From an uncultured Holophaga sp. (GTDB taxonomy: Bacteria; Acidobacteriota; Holophagae; Holophagales; Holophagaceae): a stretch of 64,000 bases of DNA. The DNA is taken from NCBI GenBank assembly GCA_963664825.1, contig OY761614.1, positions 1,856,001 through 1,920,000 on the forward strand. The letters are read 5' to 3'. Both the position numbers and the translations under genes were made by a program. This document shows, in pieces, positions 45,419-55,551 of the stretch. A model generated the notes under the pieces. The model was not told the DNA's origin, searched no databases, and saw nothing but the letters and a program-made list of their open reading frames with translations. How positions within the stretch are numbered: position 1 is the first letter of the stretch; every line of letters begins with the position of its first letter.

Positions 45419-45796
45419 ATGCCGAAGCTGCCGAAACCTACCCCTGCTGAACTGGATCTCCTGCGCGTCCTCTGGCGCCTGGGGCCGTCTACGGTGAAGG
45501 AAGTCCACCTCGAGGCCGCGAAGGCACGCGAGATCGCCTATGCCAATGTCTTGCGCCAGCTCCAGATCATGCATGACAAGGGGCTGGTGTCCCGGAACGA
45601 AAGCCAGCGTTCGCATGTGTATGCCCCGGTCCAGGCCAAGGAGGTGACTCGCAAGGGGTTGCTGACGGACTTCATCCGGATGGCCTTCTCAGGGTCCGGG
45701 AAGGAACTGGTGATGGCGGCCCTGCAGGGCGGCCACATCACTCCGGAAGAGCGCTCTGAAATCGAAGCCTTCCTGCGGGGGGAGGCCGAGCGATGA
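45419..45796 (+). CDS. BlaI/MecI/CopY family repressor
   Basis: PTPAELDLLRVLW..GPSTVKEV..M.DKGLV.R..RSHVY..FSGS. Confidence 0.92.
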   Translation: MPKLPKPTPAELDLLRVLWRLGPSTVKEVHLEAAKAREIAYANVLRQLQIMHDKGLVSRNESQRSHVYAPVQAKEVTRKGLLTDFIRMAFSGSGKELVMAALQGGHITPEERSEIEAFLRGEAER

Positions 45797-47538
45797 CGGC
45801 GGGAAGCTCTCCCCTGATTCCGGCGCTGGGGCTTTCCCTCCTGCACTTCCTCTGGCAGGGCTGCCTGGTCTGGGGGCTCACGGCGTTTGCGCTCTGGCTG
45901 GCGCGCCATGCCGGGCCGCGGGTCCGCTATGTCATCGGCATCCTGGGCCTGCTCGTCTGTGCGGCGATGCCCGTTCTTGGGCTGATCGGGCGATTGGAAT
46001 CCCATGCCAAGCCCTCGGACATCCCACCCATTGTCAGGACCCTCGATATCTCAGAACAGAAGGCCATCCAGGCGCCTCGGGTCGTGCGGTTCCAACCCCT
46101 TTCCATGGGCCTGGAAGACAGGCTGCTCAGGCATATGGATCTCGTGGTCCTGGCCTGGCTGGTCGGCATCGGGCTGCTCTCGCTGCGCATCCTTTCCGGT
46201 CTCTTATGGGTACGTCGTCGGCGCCGCGAGAGCGGGGAACCCGTGCCCAGCGTCTGGCAGCGGCGGATGCTGGAACTCGCCGCGCGCATGGGTGTGACCC
46301 GCGCCCTGTGCCTGAGGGTCAGTGCCTCCATCGATACACCCATGGTCCTGGGCTGGTGGAGGCCGGTGATCCTGTTCCCCCTGGGGGCCCTCACGGGGAT
46401 GGACGCTTCGCTCCTGGAGGCGCTCCTGGCCCATGAACTGGCCCATGTCAAACGGCTGGACTATCTCGTGAACCTCCTCCAGCGGGGGTTGGAGACCACC
46501 CTTTTCTACCACCCTGCCGTCTGGTGGATTTCCCGCCAGGTCCGCCAGGAACGGGAATTGATTTGCGATGAATGTGCGGCCAGAACCCTCGGCGAACCGC
46601 GGCGCCTGGTCCTGGCCCTCCAGGAGTTGGACCGGTTCCAGCTCTCCACCCCTCATCTGGCCCAAGCGGCCCACGGAGGCAATCTCATGCGCCGAATCCG
46701 AAATCTCATCCAGCCCGATACTCAGCCCTTCTCCTGGAACGGGCTCCTCCCCATAACCGGTATCGCCATCCTCGCCCTGGCGGGCTCTGTGCTCGCAGCC
46801 CATTCCAAGGACACGAAGGCGCCGGTGGCCCACGCGTCTGAAAAAGAGAATGTCCTGAAGGGACCCATCCAGCAGTTTGCCTTCGGCAAGAAGGATGAAA
46901 AGGGGGTCTCAGGGCATTGGAATACGCGCCATACCAAGGAAATCGAGGCTCTCCAGGCCAAACTCGGTTCGGATGTCCTCTGGTTCAGGGAGAAGGGCGT
47001 CTCCTATGTCATCACCGATCCCAGCAGCGTGGCCCGGGCCCGGGAAATCCACCACCCCGTCGATGAGCTCGGGGGCGAAATGGGGCGCCTCGGCGGGAAG
47101 ATGGGTGATGCCGGAGGCAGGATGGGTGATCTGGGCGGCCAGATGGGAACCCTGGGCGGAAGGCTCGGGGAGATCGGGGGCCGTATGGGGACCGTGGGCG
47201 GGAAGATGGGCACGGTGCAAGGGCGTCTCCATGCCCCGGGGCTGAGCGATTCCGAAAGGCAGGGCCTCGAGACGGAGCTGCAGGCCCTCAAGGGCGAGAT
47301 GCAATCCCTCAAGGAAGAGATGGCCAAGGCCCAGGCGGAGATGAAGCCCCAGATGGAGGCCCTCAAAACCCAGATGAAGGAGCAGAAGGAGCCGATGAAG
47401 GCACTTTCCAGTGAGATGCGCGCCCTGGGTCAGAAGATGAAGGAGGCCAGCAGGCAGGCCAATGACCAGATCGTCCAACTGATCCAGGAGGCCCGCAAGG
47501 CCGGCAAGGCCTCCAGAGCCGTCGATCAGCTGAAGTAG
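45793..47538 (+). CDS. M56 family metallopeptidase (BlaR1-like) with C-terminal Gly-rich heptads and coiled coil
   Basis: LHFLWQG, LAHELAHVKR.D, FYHPAVWW..ERE.ICD; coupled to the BlaI-family gene. Confidence 0.92.
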   Translation: MTAGSSPLIPALGLSLLHFLWQGCLVWGLTAFALWLARHAGPRVRYVIGILGLLVCAAMPVLGLIGRLESHAKPSDIPPIVRTLDISEQKAIQAPRVVRFQPLSMGLEDRLLRHMDLVVLAWLVGIGLLSLRILSGLLWVRRRRRESGEPVPSVWQRRMLELAARMGVTRALCLRVSASIDTPMVLGWWRPVILFPLGALTGMDASLLEALLAHELAHVKRLDYLVNLLQRGLETTLFYHPAVWWISRQVRQERELICDECAARTLGEPRRLVLALQELDRFQLSTPHLAQAAHGGNLMRRIRNLIQPDTQPFSWNGLLPITGIAILALAGSVLAAHSKDTKAPVAHASEKENVLKGPIQQFAFGKKDEKGVSGHWNTRHTKEIEALQAKLGSDVLWFREKGVSYVITDPSSVARAREIHHPVDELGGEMGRLGGKMGDAGGRMGDLGGQMGTLGGRLGEIGGRMGTVGGKMGTVQGRLHAPGLSDSERQGLETELQALKGEMQSLKEEMAKAQAEMKPQMEALKTQMKEQKEPMKALSSEMRALGQKMKEASRQANDQIVQLIQEARKAGKASRAVDQLK

Positions 47539-47596
47539 CTTCGGGCTTGAGCCAGGGGCCCCTCGAATGGGGTATGTTTCTTAGGGAGATCCTTCC

Positions 47597-50500
47597 ATGC
47601 GTGCATTCGTTCCTTCCGCGCTGTTCTGTGTGCTGGCTTCGGGGGCCCTGGTGGCCCAGAAGACGCCCCTCTGGATTCGGCATCCGGCCATCTCTCCCGA
47701 CGGGAAGTCGATCGTCTTCTGCTACCAGGGGGACTTGTATTCGGTGCCGACTCAAGGGGGCACGGCCAAGCCCCTCACGGTGGATGGCTCCCACCACTCC
47801 AACCCGGTCTGGAGTCATGACGGCAAGCACCTCGCCTTTGCCTCGGATCGGGCGGGCAATCTGGACGTCTACGTCATGCCGGCTCAAGGGGGGGAAACCC
47901 GCCGCCTCACCTTCCATTCGGCCAACGATGTGCCCCTTAGCTTTTCGCCCGATGACCGGGAGATCCTCTTCCTCTCCAACCGCCAGCAGGCCAGCAGCAG
48001 CCGCCAGTTCCCCTCGGGCGGCCTCTCCCAGACCTACCGGGTGAGCGTGGAGGGAGGCGAAGCGCGGCTGCTTAGCACCCACGCCATGGAGGCCGCCGTC
48101 TTCGATCCCAGCGGCAAGACCCTCCTCTATCAGGACCTGAAGGGCTACGAAGACCCTTGGCGCAAGCACCACACGTCGGCCGTGGCCCGAGATATCTGGC
48201 AGTTCGAGCTGGCCTCTGGAACGTATACCCAGCTCACCGATTTCGCCGGAGAAGATCGCAACCCCGTCTTCGGTTCGGAGGGCGGCAGCTATTTCTACCT
48301 GAACGAACAGAGCGGCAGCTTCAACGTGGTGCGCGGCAGCCTGAAGGGCGGCGAGGCTCCCGCCCTCCTCACCCATTTCACGCGCCATCCCGTGCGCTTT
48401 CTCAGCGCGGCCCGGGACAATACCCTCTGCTTCACCTATGACGGCGAGCTCTACACTCAGCGGCCGGGAGGCCAGCCCGTGAAGGTGGGCGTTTCCCTAT
48501 CGGTGGATGGCCGTTCGACCCAGGAGCGCATCCTGCCGGTGAATGGGGGCATCTCCGAGATGGCCCTCTCGCCCAATGGCAAAGAGGTGGCCTACATCGT
48601 GCGAGGGGAGGTCTTCGTCAGTTCCGTGGACGGGAAGGTGACGCGGCGCATCACCAGCACGGCTGGTCAGGAGCGCTCGGTGGGCTTCAGCCCCGATGGC
48701 CGCACGCTGGTCTATGCTGCCGAGCGGGGGAAGAGCTGGGACATCTACACCTGCAAGCTGGTGCGCAAGGAGGAGCCCTATTTCTACGCCTCCACCCTGC
48801 TGGAGGAGAAGCCCCTGGTCGCCACCGAGGCCGACGAGTTCCAGCCCCTCTTCAGCCCGGACGGCAAGGAGGTGGCTTTCCTCGAGGAGCGGACAGGCCT
48901 GAAGGTGCTGAACCTGGAGAGCCGCAAGACCCGGACCATCCTGCAGGCCGGTCGGAACTACTCCTACGCCGATGGCGACCAATCCTTCACCTGGTCGCCG
49001 GATAGCAAGTGGCTGCTGCTCTCCATCAACACGGGCCTGGGCTGGCTCCGCGACGTGGCGCTGATGTCGGCGGAGGGTGATGGCGTCGTGCACAACCTGA
49101 GCCGCAGCGGTTTTGCCGATGACGAGCCGCGCTTTTCGCCCGATGGGACCATGGTCTATTGGACGACGGACCGGGAAGGCTACCGCAACCTGGGGCAGAA
49201 AGGCACCACCAGCGACATCTACGGCGTGTTCCTCACGAAGGCGGCCTGGGACCGATTCCAGCTCTCCAAGGAGGACTTCGCCCTGGTGAAGGAGCAGGAA
49301 GACAAGGACACGGAGGCCAAGGCCAAGGCCGACAAGGATGCCAAGAAGGAGGCCAAGCCCCAGCTCGAGCTTGTGAAAATCGACTGGGAAGGGCTGGAGG
49401 ACCGACGGGCTCGCTTGACTACCCACACGACGACCCTGGGCGATGCGGTGGTCAATAAGGCCGGTGACGCCCTGTACTACCTGGCCCGTTTCGAGAAGGG
49501 CTTCGATCTCTGGTCCACCGATCTGCGCACCCACGAGAACAAGCTGGTGGCCAAGCTGGGCGCCAACCGAGTCGGCATGGAGGCCTCTCGGGATGGCAAG
49601 TTCCTGCTGATCCAGGCCGATGGCAAGCTGGTGAAGATCGAAGCGGAATCCGGCAAGCGCGAGGACCTGGTCGTGGCTGGCGAGCTCGTCAACGACCCGC
49701 GGGCCGAGCGGGCCTACATCTTCGAGCATGCCTGGCGCCAGGTGGTGAAAAAATTCTACGTGGTGGACCTGCAGGGCGTGGATTGGCCGTTCTACCACGA
49801 CGCCTACCAGAAGTTCCTGCCCCACGTGGCCAATAACGTGGACTTCCAGGATCTGCTCAGCGAGATGCTGGGAGAGCTGAACGCCTCCCACACGGGCGCC
49901 CGCTTCCGGGCCGCCCAGCCCAATACGGACGCCACGGCGGGCCTCGGCCTATGCCTGGCGCCCACCGAGGGCAAGGGGCTGCGCATCGCGGATGTGCTCA
50001 AGGATGGACCGCTGGATCTCGCGGGCTCCAAGGTGAGGCCGGGCCATCGGCTGATGGCCATCGATGGGGTGGAACTGGGGGCGGGGCAGGACCATAACGC
50101 CCTGCTCAACCGCAAGGCTGGGCAGCGTGCCCTGCTGGCCTTTGCCGATGACAAGACCGGCCAGCGCTGGGAAGAGGTGGTCAAGCCCATCAGCCTGGAC
50201 CGTGAGAACGAGTTGTTCTACAGGCGTTGGGTGGAGCAGAACCGCCGGGAGGTCGAACAGCGGTCCAAGGGGCGGCTGGGTTATGTGCACGTGCGCTCCA
50301 TGAGCGACCCCAGCATGCGCACGGTGATGGATGAGGCGCTGGGCCGCTACCCCAATGCCGAGGCCATTGTGGTGGACACCCGCTTCAATGGCGGCGGCAA
50401 CATCCACGAGCAGCTCTCGGATTTCCTGAGCGGCAAGAAATACTTCGATGTCATTCCCCACGGTCAGGCCTACGGCCGAGACCCCCTGATGAAGTGGACC

Positions 50501-50830
50501 AAGCCCTCCATCGTGCTCGTCAACGAGGGCTGCTATTCGGACGCCCACCTCTTCCCGGTGGCCTACCGCCTCAAGGGCCTGGGCAAGATCCTGGGCATGC
50601 CCGTGCCGGGCACCGGCACCTTCGTCTGGTGGGAGACCCAGATCGACCCCACCCTGGTCTTCGGCATCCCCCAGGGAGGCTGGCGCACGCCCGATGGCAA
50701 GTTCTGCGAGAACAACCAGCTGGAGCCCGATATCCGGGTGCCCAATAGCCCCGCGCTCCTCGCCAAGGGCCGTGACCAGCAATTGGAAAAAGCTGTGGAT
50801 ACGCTGCTAGAAGGCCTCGCGAGGCACTGA
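47597..50830 (+). CDS. Tricorn-like S41 protease (PD40 propellers, PDZ)
   Basis: WIRHPAISPDG, LGELNASH, DTRFNGGG, YSDA, ENNQLEPDI. Confidence 0.93.
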   Translation: MRAFVPSALFCVLASGALVAQKTPLWIRHPAISPDGKSIVFCYQGDLYSVPTQGGTAKPLTVDGSHHSNPVWSHDGKHLAFASDRAGNLDVYVMPAQGGETRRLTFHSANDVPLSFSPDDREILFLSNRQQASSSRQFPSGGLSQTYRVSVEGGEARLLSTHAMEAAVFDPSGKTLLYQDLKGYEDPWRKHHTSAVARDIWQFELASGTYTQLTDFAGEDRNPVFGSEGGSYFYLNEQSGSFNVVRGSLKGGEAPALLTHFTRHPVRFLSAARDNTLCFTYDGELYTQRPGGQPVKVGVSLSVDGRSTQERILPVNGGISEMALSPNGKEVAYIVRGEVFVSSVDGKVTRRITSTAGQERSVGFSPDGRTLVYAAERGKSWDIYTCKLVRKEEPYFYASTLLEEKPLVATEADEFQPLFSPDGKEVAFLEERTGLKVLNLESRKTRTILQAGRNYSYADGDQSFTWSPDSKWLLLSINTGLGWLRDVALMSAEGDGVVHNLSRSGFADDEPRFSPDGTMVYWTTDREGYRNLGQKGTTSDIYGVFLTKAAWDRFQLSKEDFALVKEQEDKDTEAKAKADKDAKKEAKPQLELVKIDWEGLEDRRARLTTHTTTLGDAVVNKAGDALYYLARFEKGFDLWSTDLRTHENKLVAKLGANRVGMEASRDGKFLLIQADGKLVKIEAESGKREDLVVAGELVNDPRAERAYIFEHAWRQVVKKFYVVDLQGVDWPFYHDAYQKFLPHVANNVDFQDLLSEMLGELNASHTGARFRAAQPNTDATAGLGLCLAPTEGKGLRIADVLKDGPLDLAGSKVRPGHRLMAIDGVELGAGQDHNALLNRKAGQRALLAFADDKTGQRWEEVVKPISLDRENELFYRRWVEQNRREVEQRSKGRLGYVHVRSMSDPSMRTVMDEALGRYPNAEAIVVDTRFNGGGNIHEQLSDFLSGKKYFDVIPHGQAYGRDPLMKWTKPSIVLVNEGCYSDAHLFPVAYRLKGLGKILGMPVPGTGTFVWWETQIDPTLVFGIPQGGWRTPDGKFCENNQLEPDIRVPNSPALLAKGRDQQLEKAVDTLLEGLARH

Positions 50831-50848
50831 TACGAGTTGCATTTAAAA

Positions 50849-52178
50849 GGTTCTTCGCGGATTTGCGTGAAGTAGGTCGGCAGTGGCGGATTTCAGGCAT
50901 CTTGGGTTTGTCGAGAACTCGAGATGAAGGAGGCCGCCACTGCCTACCAAAGAGCTTATGTCCCGCTTGGGCGGGTGGAAAGGGCAACGCGTCGGAATCG
51001 TGGAGCGCTTCGAAGCCGGGGTGAAGGGGCCGCGGGCCGAGGTGTGGATCGAGTTGCTTGGGTTCGGCGATCATCCCCGGAAGTGCAGCGGTTGTGGGCA
51101 TTTCGTGCGGAGCGTCCACGACTGGTCAGAGCGGGAGATCCGCGACCTTCCGCTGTTCGACGCCGACACAGTCCTAGTGGTGTGGCGGGCTCGAGTAGCC
51201 TGCCCCCGGTGCGGCCCGAAGCTGGAAGCCCTGGACTGGTTGGAGCCCCATGCCCGGATCACGAACCGGCTTGCCGCGAGCGTGGCGCGGCTTTGCAAGG
51301 TCATGCCCATCAAACAGGTCGCGGAGCACTATGACCTGCACTGGGGCACGGTGAAGGCGATCGACAAGGCTTACCTGGACCGAGAACTTGGGCCCGTGAA
51401 GCTGAGCAAGGCGAGGCTTCTTCTGATGGACGAATTCGCCATCCACAAGGGACAGAGCTATGCCACGGTCATCACGGATGCGGAAACGCGTCGCGTGCTC
51501 TGGGTCGGGAAAGGGCGTGGCCGCGAGGACATCCGCCCGTTCTTCGATCTGATCGGGAAGAAGGGCTGCAAACGGATCCAGGCCGTGGGCATAGACATGT
51601 CGGCGGCCTTCGAAGGCGAAGTCCGGGCGCGCTGTCCCAACGCCGAGATCGTCTACGACCAGTTTCATGTCGTGGCAAAGTACGGCCATGACGTCATCGA
51701 CCGGATCCGGGTGGATGAGGCCAATCGATACCGGCACGACAAGGCCTCGCGGGAGCTCGTCAAGGGCGCGAAGTGGCTCCTGCTGGGCAATTGGGAGAAC
51801 CTGCCGAATCGGGATGCCAAAGTCCGCCTCAACGAGTTATTGGACGCGAACCAGCCTCTGATGACCGCCTACGTGCTGAAAGACGCCCTGAAGGCACTGT
51901 GGCGCTACACGCGGGAGGGCTGGGCTCTGAAGGCCTGGGAGAACTGGATGGAACTCGCCACCTCAAGTGGACTCCAGCCCCTCGTGAAGTTCGCCAAGAA
52001 TCTCGCCCAGCGGATCGACGGAATCCTCTCCCATTGCCGCTGGCCGCTCAATACCAGCGTCCAGGAAGGGATCAACAACAAGATCAAAGTCCTCAAGCGC
52101 ATCGCCTACGGCTACCGGGATGAGGGCTACTTCTTCCTTAAGATCCGTGCGGCCTTCCCCGGAAAAACGTGAAGAACC
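50849..52178 (+). mobile_element. ISL3-family insertion sequence (1330 bp)
   Basis: Terminal inverted repeats GGTTCTTC/GAAGAACC; 8-bp target duplication ATTTAAAA at 50841-50848 and 52179-52186. Confidence 0.95.
50958..52172 (+). CDS. ISL3 transposase
   Basis: CxxC..CPRCG zinc finger, MDEFA, IDMS, YDQFHV, EGINNKIK..KR.AYGYR. Confidence 0.95.
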   Translation: MSRLGGWKGQRVGIVERFEAGVKGPRAEVWIELLGFGDHPRKCSGCGHFVRSVHDWSEREIRDLPLFDADTVLVVWRARVACPRCGPKLEALDWLEPHARITNRLAASVARLCKVMPIKQVAEHYDLHWGTVKAIDKAYLDRELGPVKLSKARLLLMDEFAIHKGQSYATVITDAETRRVLWVGKGRGREDIRPFFDLIGKKGCKRIQAVGIDMSAAFEGEVRARCPNAEIVYDQFHVVAKYGHDVIDRIRVDEANRYRHDKASRELVKGAKWLLLGNWENLPNRDAKVRLNELLDANQPLMTAYVLKDALKALWRYTREGWALKAWENWMELATSSGLQPLVKFAKNLAQRIDGILSHCRWPLNTSVQEGINNKIKVLKRIAYGYRDEGYFFLKIRAAFPGKT

Positions 52179-52197
52179 ATTTAAAAGCATGAAAGTG

Positions 52198-52293
52198 CAC
52201 CACGGAGACACGAAGGACACAGAGAGAGGCCTGAAAGAGCCGCGCGCTTCTTGACTGCTTTTCTCCGTGAACTCAGTGCTTCCGTGGTGAATC
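52198..52293. repeat. Palindromic CACCACGGAG...TCCGTGGTG repeat
   Basis: Tripled CACGGAG-like motifs mirrored by CTCCGTG-like motifs; related copies at 60721 and 62936. Confidence 0.7.
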
Positions 52294-52317
52294 TTTTTTT
52301 TGAACGCGAAACCCTCT

Positions 52318-54843
52318 TCAGGGCTTGGCTGCGGCCTTGGGGGGAACCCCCTGGAGCCTCACCACCAGATCGGGCCATCCGTAGAGTTTCAAGTACAGGA
52401 TCCCATGGCCATCGGGGGGGGCTACCGGGGCGATCTGCCTGCCCTCATGGAAGCCGATCTTCAAAGGTAGCCAGGGGCCCGCGGGGGAGGAGGCGCTTGC
52501 CTCCAGGCAGTCCAGGGCCCCTTCGGCCACCCAGCCCTCACCCTCCTGGCGCAGGCTCAGGATGGTGGGCAGTTCCAGGAAGAGGGCGGGCACAGGCGTC
52601 CAGGCGCTGGCGCCGACGCCCTCGTCCTGGATCTGGATCTCCAGGCGGCCACTGGCGCGGGTGCCGAGGGCTTCCGAGGCCTTGAAATTCGCGAGCAGGC
52701 GCTGGCCGCGCCCCGTCAGGCGCACGGCCGCTGCGGGCAGGGGCACGGCGGCCCCCGGGTCATCGGCGTTCCGCAGCAGCACCTTGGGGCCTCGTCCCAG
52801 GGGGTAGCGCCCCTTGTGCCCGGAGATGGTAGAGACCATCACCGGGGAGGTGGTGGAGACCAGCAGCGTATCAAAGCTCAAGGGGAGGCCCTGGGGGGGC
52901 GCCTGGGGGATCACCTCCAGGGACTGGAGGACGGGACGGGGGGGCAGCAGGCTGGCGCCCTTCACGGGGATCGTGCGTCCATCGGAGAGCTTGAGGGTGC
53001 CCTCCAAGGGGATGCCGGGTTCGCCTTCGAGGGTGCCCTTGGCGGCGGTGAAGAGGCTCCCCTCCGGGGTCTCCCGGGTCCACAGGAAGGTCTGCTCGCC
53101 CAGGAGGAGTGTCTTGGCGCTCCGGAGATTGCGTCCCGAGAGGAGCAGGGAATTCTCTCCCTGGTGGGCCCGGAGGCCGTCCACGGCGGGCAGGGGGTAC
53201 TGGAGCAGGATGGGGACGGAGATGACGGCCGGGAGCTGGTCATTCACGAAGACTTCCAGGAAGCCCGGCCCGGCTTCGGTCTGGAGACTGGAGAACTGGA
53301 TCGTGCAGCCTCCCTCCGGGCCCATCTTGAGGGTGGCCGGGACCGCAGGCCTGCCGCTTCCGCTGGGGCGGAACTGGGCCTTGGCGGCGGCCCGTCCCCA
53401 GGGTGCGGGAAGGGCGAAGGTGCAGGCCTGGTCCTCCATAAAGTGGTCGAGTTCTGTGCGGGAGGGTTTCCAGGTGCCATCCAGGCCCGTGATGCAGGCT
53501 CGCGGGTTTGTCGTTATCGTCTGGAAGCCCCAGCGCCCTTCGATGTGGGCCTGCACATTCAGGAGGCCCTTCTGCTGGAGCTTCTGGAGGGCGGGGCCGG
53601 GTTCGATGACGAAGGCCTGCTGGGTAGGGTTGGGGGTCAGGGGCAGGGGCTCCAGCGCCACGCCTGCGGGGCCCTTTAGGACCAGATGCCAGTCGTGGCC
53701 GAAGATCGCCAGGGGGGAATTGCTCTTGGGGCTGGGCTGGAGCTTGAGCTGCGTGTAGGGCCGCAGGATGCATTCCGAGGGGCCCAGCTCGAACTGGAAT
53801 TCGGGAGTCTCCGCATCGTTCCAGCGGCAGGGGCTGAACACCAGAGCCCCCCGGACATCCCCGGTGGTCTTGATCCAGTCGTCGTAGTAGAGCTGGGCCT
53901 TGAAGCCATCGAAATCCCGGGCCAGGGCCGGCACGTACTGGAATTTGTGGCCCGGCCACAGGTTCTGGAAGATCTGCATCAGATCGAAGGCGATGGCCAC
54001 GTACAGGGAACCGGCGTGGATATCCCCGCTGAGGGTCGAGCCCTCCACCTTCACCGTGCGGTCCGAGGCGTCCGGCGTGGGCACCAGCAGGTTGGTGCGC
54101 TTGAACTCGGAAACCAGGAACTGGAATCGCGCCAGGTTGGAACCGCTGCCCCGGCTGAGGAAGGCCTGGAGATCCTGGGAGACCTGGCCGCCGTATCCCT
54201 TGAGGAAATTGAAGACGGCATGGTCGTAGGAGGCCGCCGATTGGTCCTGGCGGATGGATTCCAGGCCCTTCAGGAAGCGGTCCGCGTAGGCCCGCTGTTC
54301 GGCCAGGTCGCTGAGCTTCAGGCAGATATTGCGGAAGTCCGCCAGGTGGGCGTTCAGGTCCGTGAGGATCTTGCGACGCCCTCCAGAATCCGGGAGCAGG
54401 AAGATCATGGGAATGGAATCGTAGGGCACCGATACCTGGGGCGCGACCATGCCTTGGGGCGTCCTGGATAGGGTTAGGCTCACCACCCCCTTTTCCGTGG
54501 GGGCCACGGTTCGGGGCAGGAAGACCACCACCAGGGTCCAGTCCGCCTGGGTCACCCGGGGGTCGAAGGCCTCCCCGGAGAAGGTGAAGGCGAGGCGGTC
54601 CTGATAGCGCAGCACGGGGGCCTGGAAGAGGGGGAGGGATTCGTTCTTGCGCAGGACCTTGGCCGAGATGGTGATGGGGCCCTTCTGGAAGGCCTCCGTC
54701 AGGGAGGCTTTCGCGGGCTCGGCGGCCTCCTCCGGGGCCTTAGGCGGGGCCTCCGCCAGGCTCGCCCGTTCCGAACCGAACGCCAGGGTCATGACCAGGG
54801 GCATTGCGAGGGACGCGGGACGGGGAAATCGCATGGATGACAC
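52318..54843 (-). CDS. Large exported hypothetical protein (about 840 aa)
   Basis: Long ORF with GC-rich codon usage and signal-like N-terminus; no recognised motif. Confidence 0.7.
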   Translation of the reverse strand: MSSMRFPRPASLAMPLVMTLAFGSERASLAEAPPKAPEEAAEPAKASLTEAFQKGPITISAKVLRKNESLPLFQAPVLRYQDRLAFTFSGEAFDPRVTQADWTLVVVFLPRTVAPTEKGVVSLTLSRTPQGMVAPQVSVPYDSIPMIFLLPDSGGRRKILTDLNAHLADFRNICLKLSDLAEQRAYADRFLKGLESIRQDQSAASYDHAVFNFLKGYGGQVSQDLQAFLSRGSGSNLARFQFLVSEFKRTNLLVPTPDASDRTVKVEGSTLSGDIHAGSLYVAIAFDLMQIFQNLWPGHKFQYVPALARDFDGFKAQLYYDDWIKTTGDVRGALVFSPCRWNDAETPEFQFELGPSECILRPYTQLKLQPSPKSNSPLAIFGHDWHLVLKGPAGVALEPLPLTPNPTQQAFVIEPGPALQKLQQKGLLNVQAHIEGRWGFQTITTNPRACITGLDGTWKPSRTELDHFMEDQACTFALPAPWGRAAAKAQFRPSGSGRPAVPATLKMGPEGGCTIQFSSLQTEAGPGFLEVFVNDQLPAVISVPILLQYPLPAVDGLRAHQGENSLLLSGRNLRSAKTLLLGEQTFLWTRETPEGSLFTAAKGTLEGEPGIPLEGTLKLSDGRTIPVKGASLLPPRPVLQSLEVIPQAPPQGLPLSFDTLLVSTTSPVMVSTISGHKGRYPLGRGPKVLLRNADDPGAAVPLPAAAVRLTGRGQRLLANFKASEALGTRASGRLEIQIQDEGVGASAWTPVPALFLELPTILSLRQEGEGWVAEGALDCLEASASSPAGPWLPLKIGFHEGRQIAPVAPPDGHGILYLKLYGWPDLVVRLQGVPPKAAAKP

Positions 54844-55551
54844 CCACTGAAACAGGGATCCGGGGGCCGGCTCCTCCGTGATTCTACGCTCAGGAAAAGG
54901 GCCGGAAGGCCAGAGGTCTCAGGAACTGAACCATGGACACCGGTGAGAACCCATAGAACCAGTGATAACCGGTGAGGACAGTGAGATCCGGTGGAGCTCC
55001 CATGAGCCAAGACGCTCGTATTCCCATCCTGAAGCCGCTCTCAAAGCTGTATTAGCCGGGGATTCCCGGGGATGGACGAGGATCAAAGCAAGCCAGGAAT
55101 CCGTGAGATTGGATCCCGAACCTTCATCCCCGCAGATCCCCGTCTATCCCCGGCTCAACTCCCCACCCGGCAGCGACGCGGTGCTGGATTTGAACATTGA
55201 TGAACGCCGATTCACGCCGATGGGGCGCGGCCTGCGGATCTTCATCCACGTTCATCTGCGTGCATCAGAGTCGGATTCTTTTTGCAGTGAACCGGCCGCG
55301 ATCCTGGCCTCCCAGTCCCAGGACACCTGCATCCCTGTTCAAAATGTTTTTTCCCTAGATGCGACGGCGCTCTTCATGAGGTCCAGAAAGGAAGGGGGGG
55401 ATTCGTTCTTGCGCAGGACCTTGGCCGAGAGGGTGATGGGGCCTGAAGGCCGTGGGCGCGGAATTGAATGTTTCCTACAACCCGGCGCGCTGGTAGGCTG
55501 GAAGGCTCCTGAGCGCGTTCGCGCCAACGCATTTTTCTTGTCGGATCTTGC

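Noticed and set aside
45419..47538. Beta-lactam resistance locus
   Set aside because: No beta-lactamase gene and no penicillin-binding sensor domain
55480..55510. ops/JUMPstart element before the polysaccharide operon
   Set aside because: Only a partial GCTGGTAG match to GGCGGTAG; not supportable
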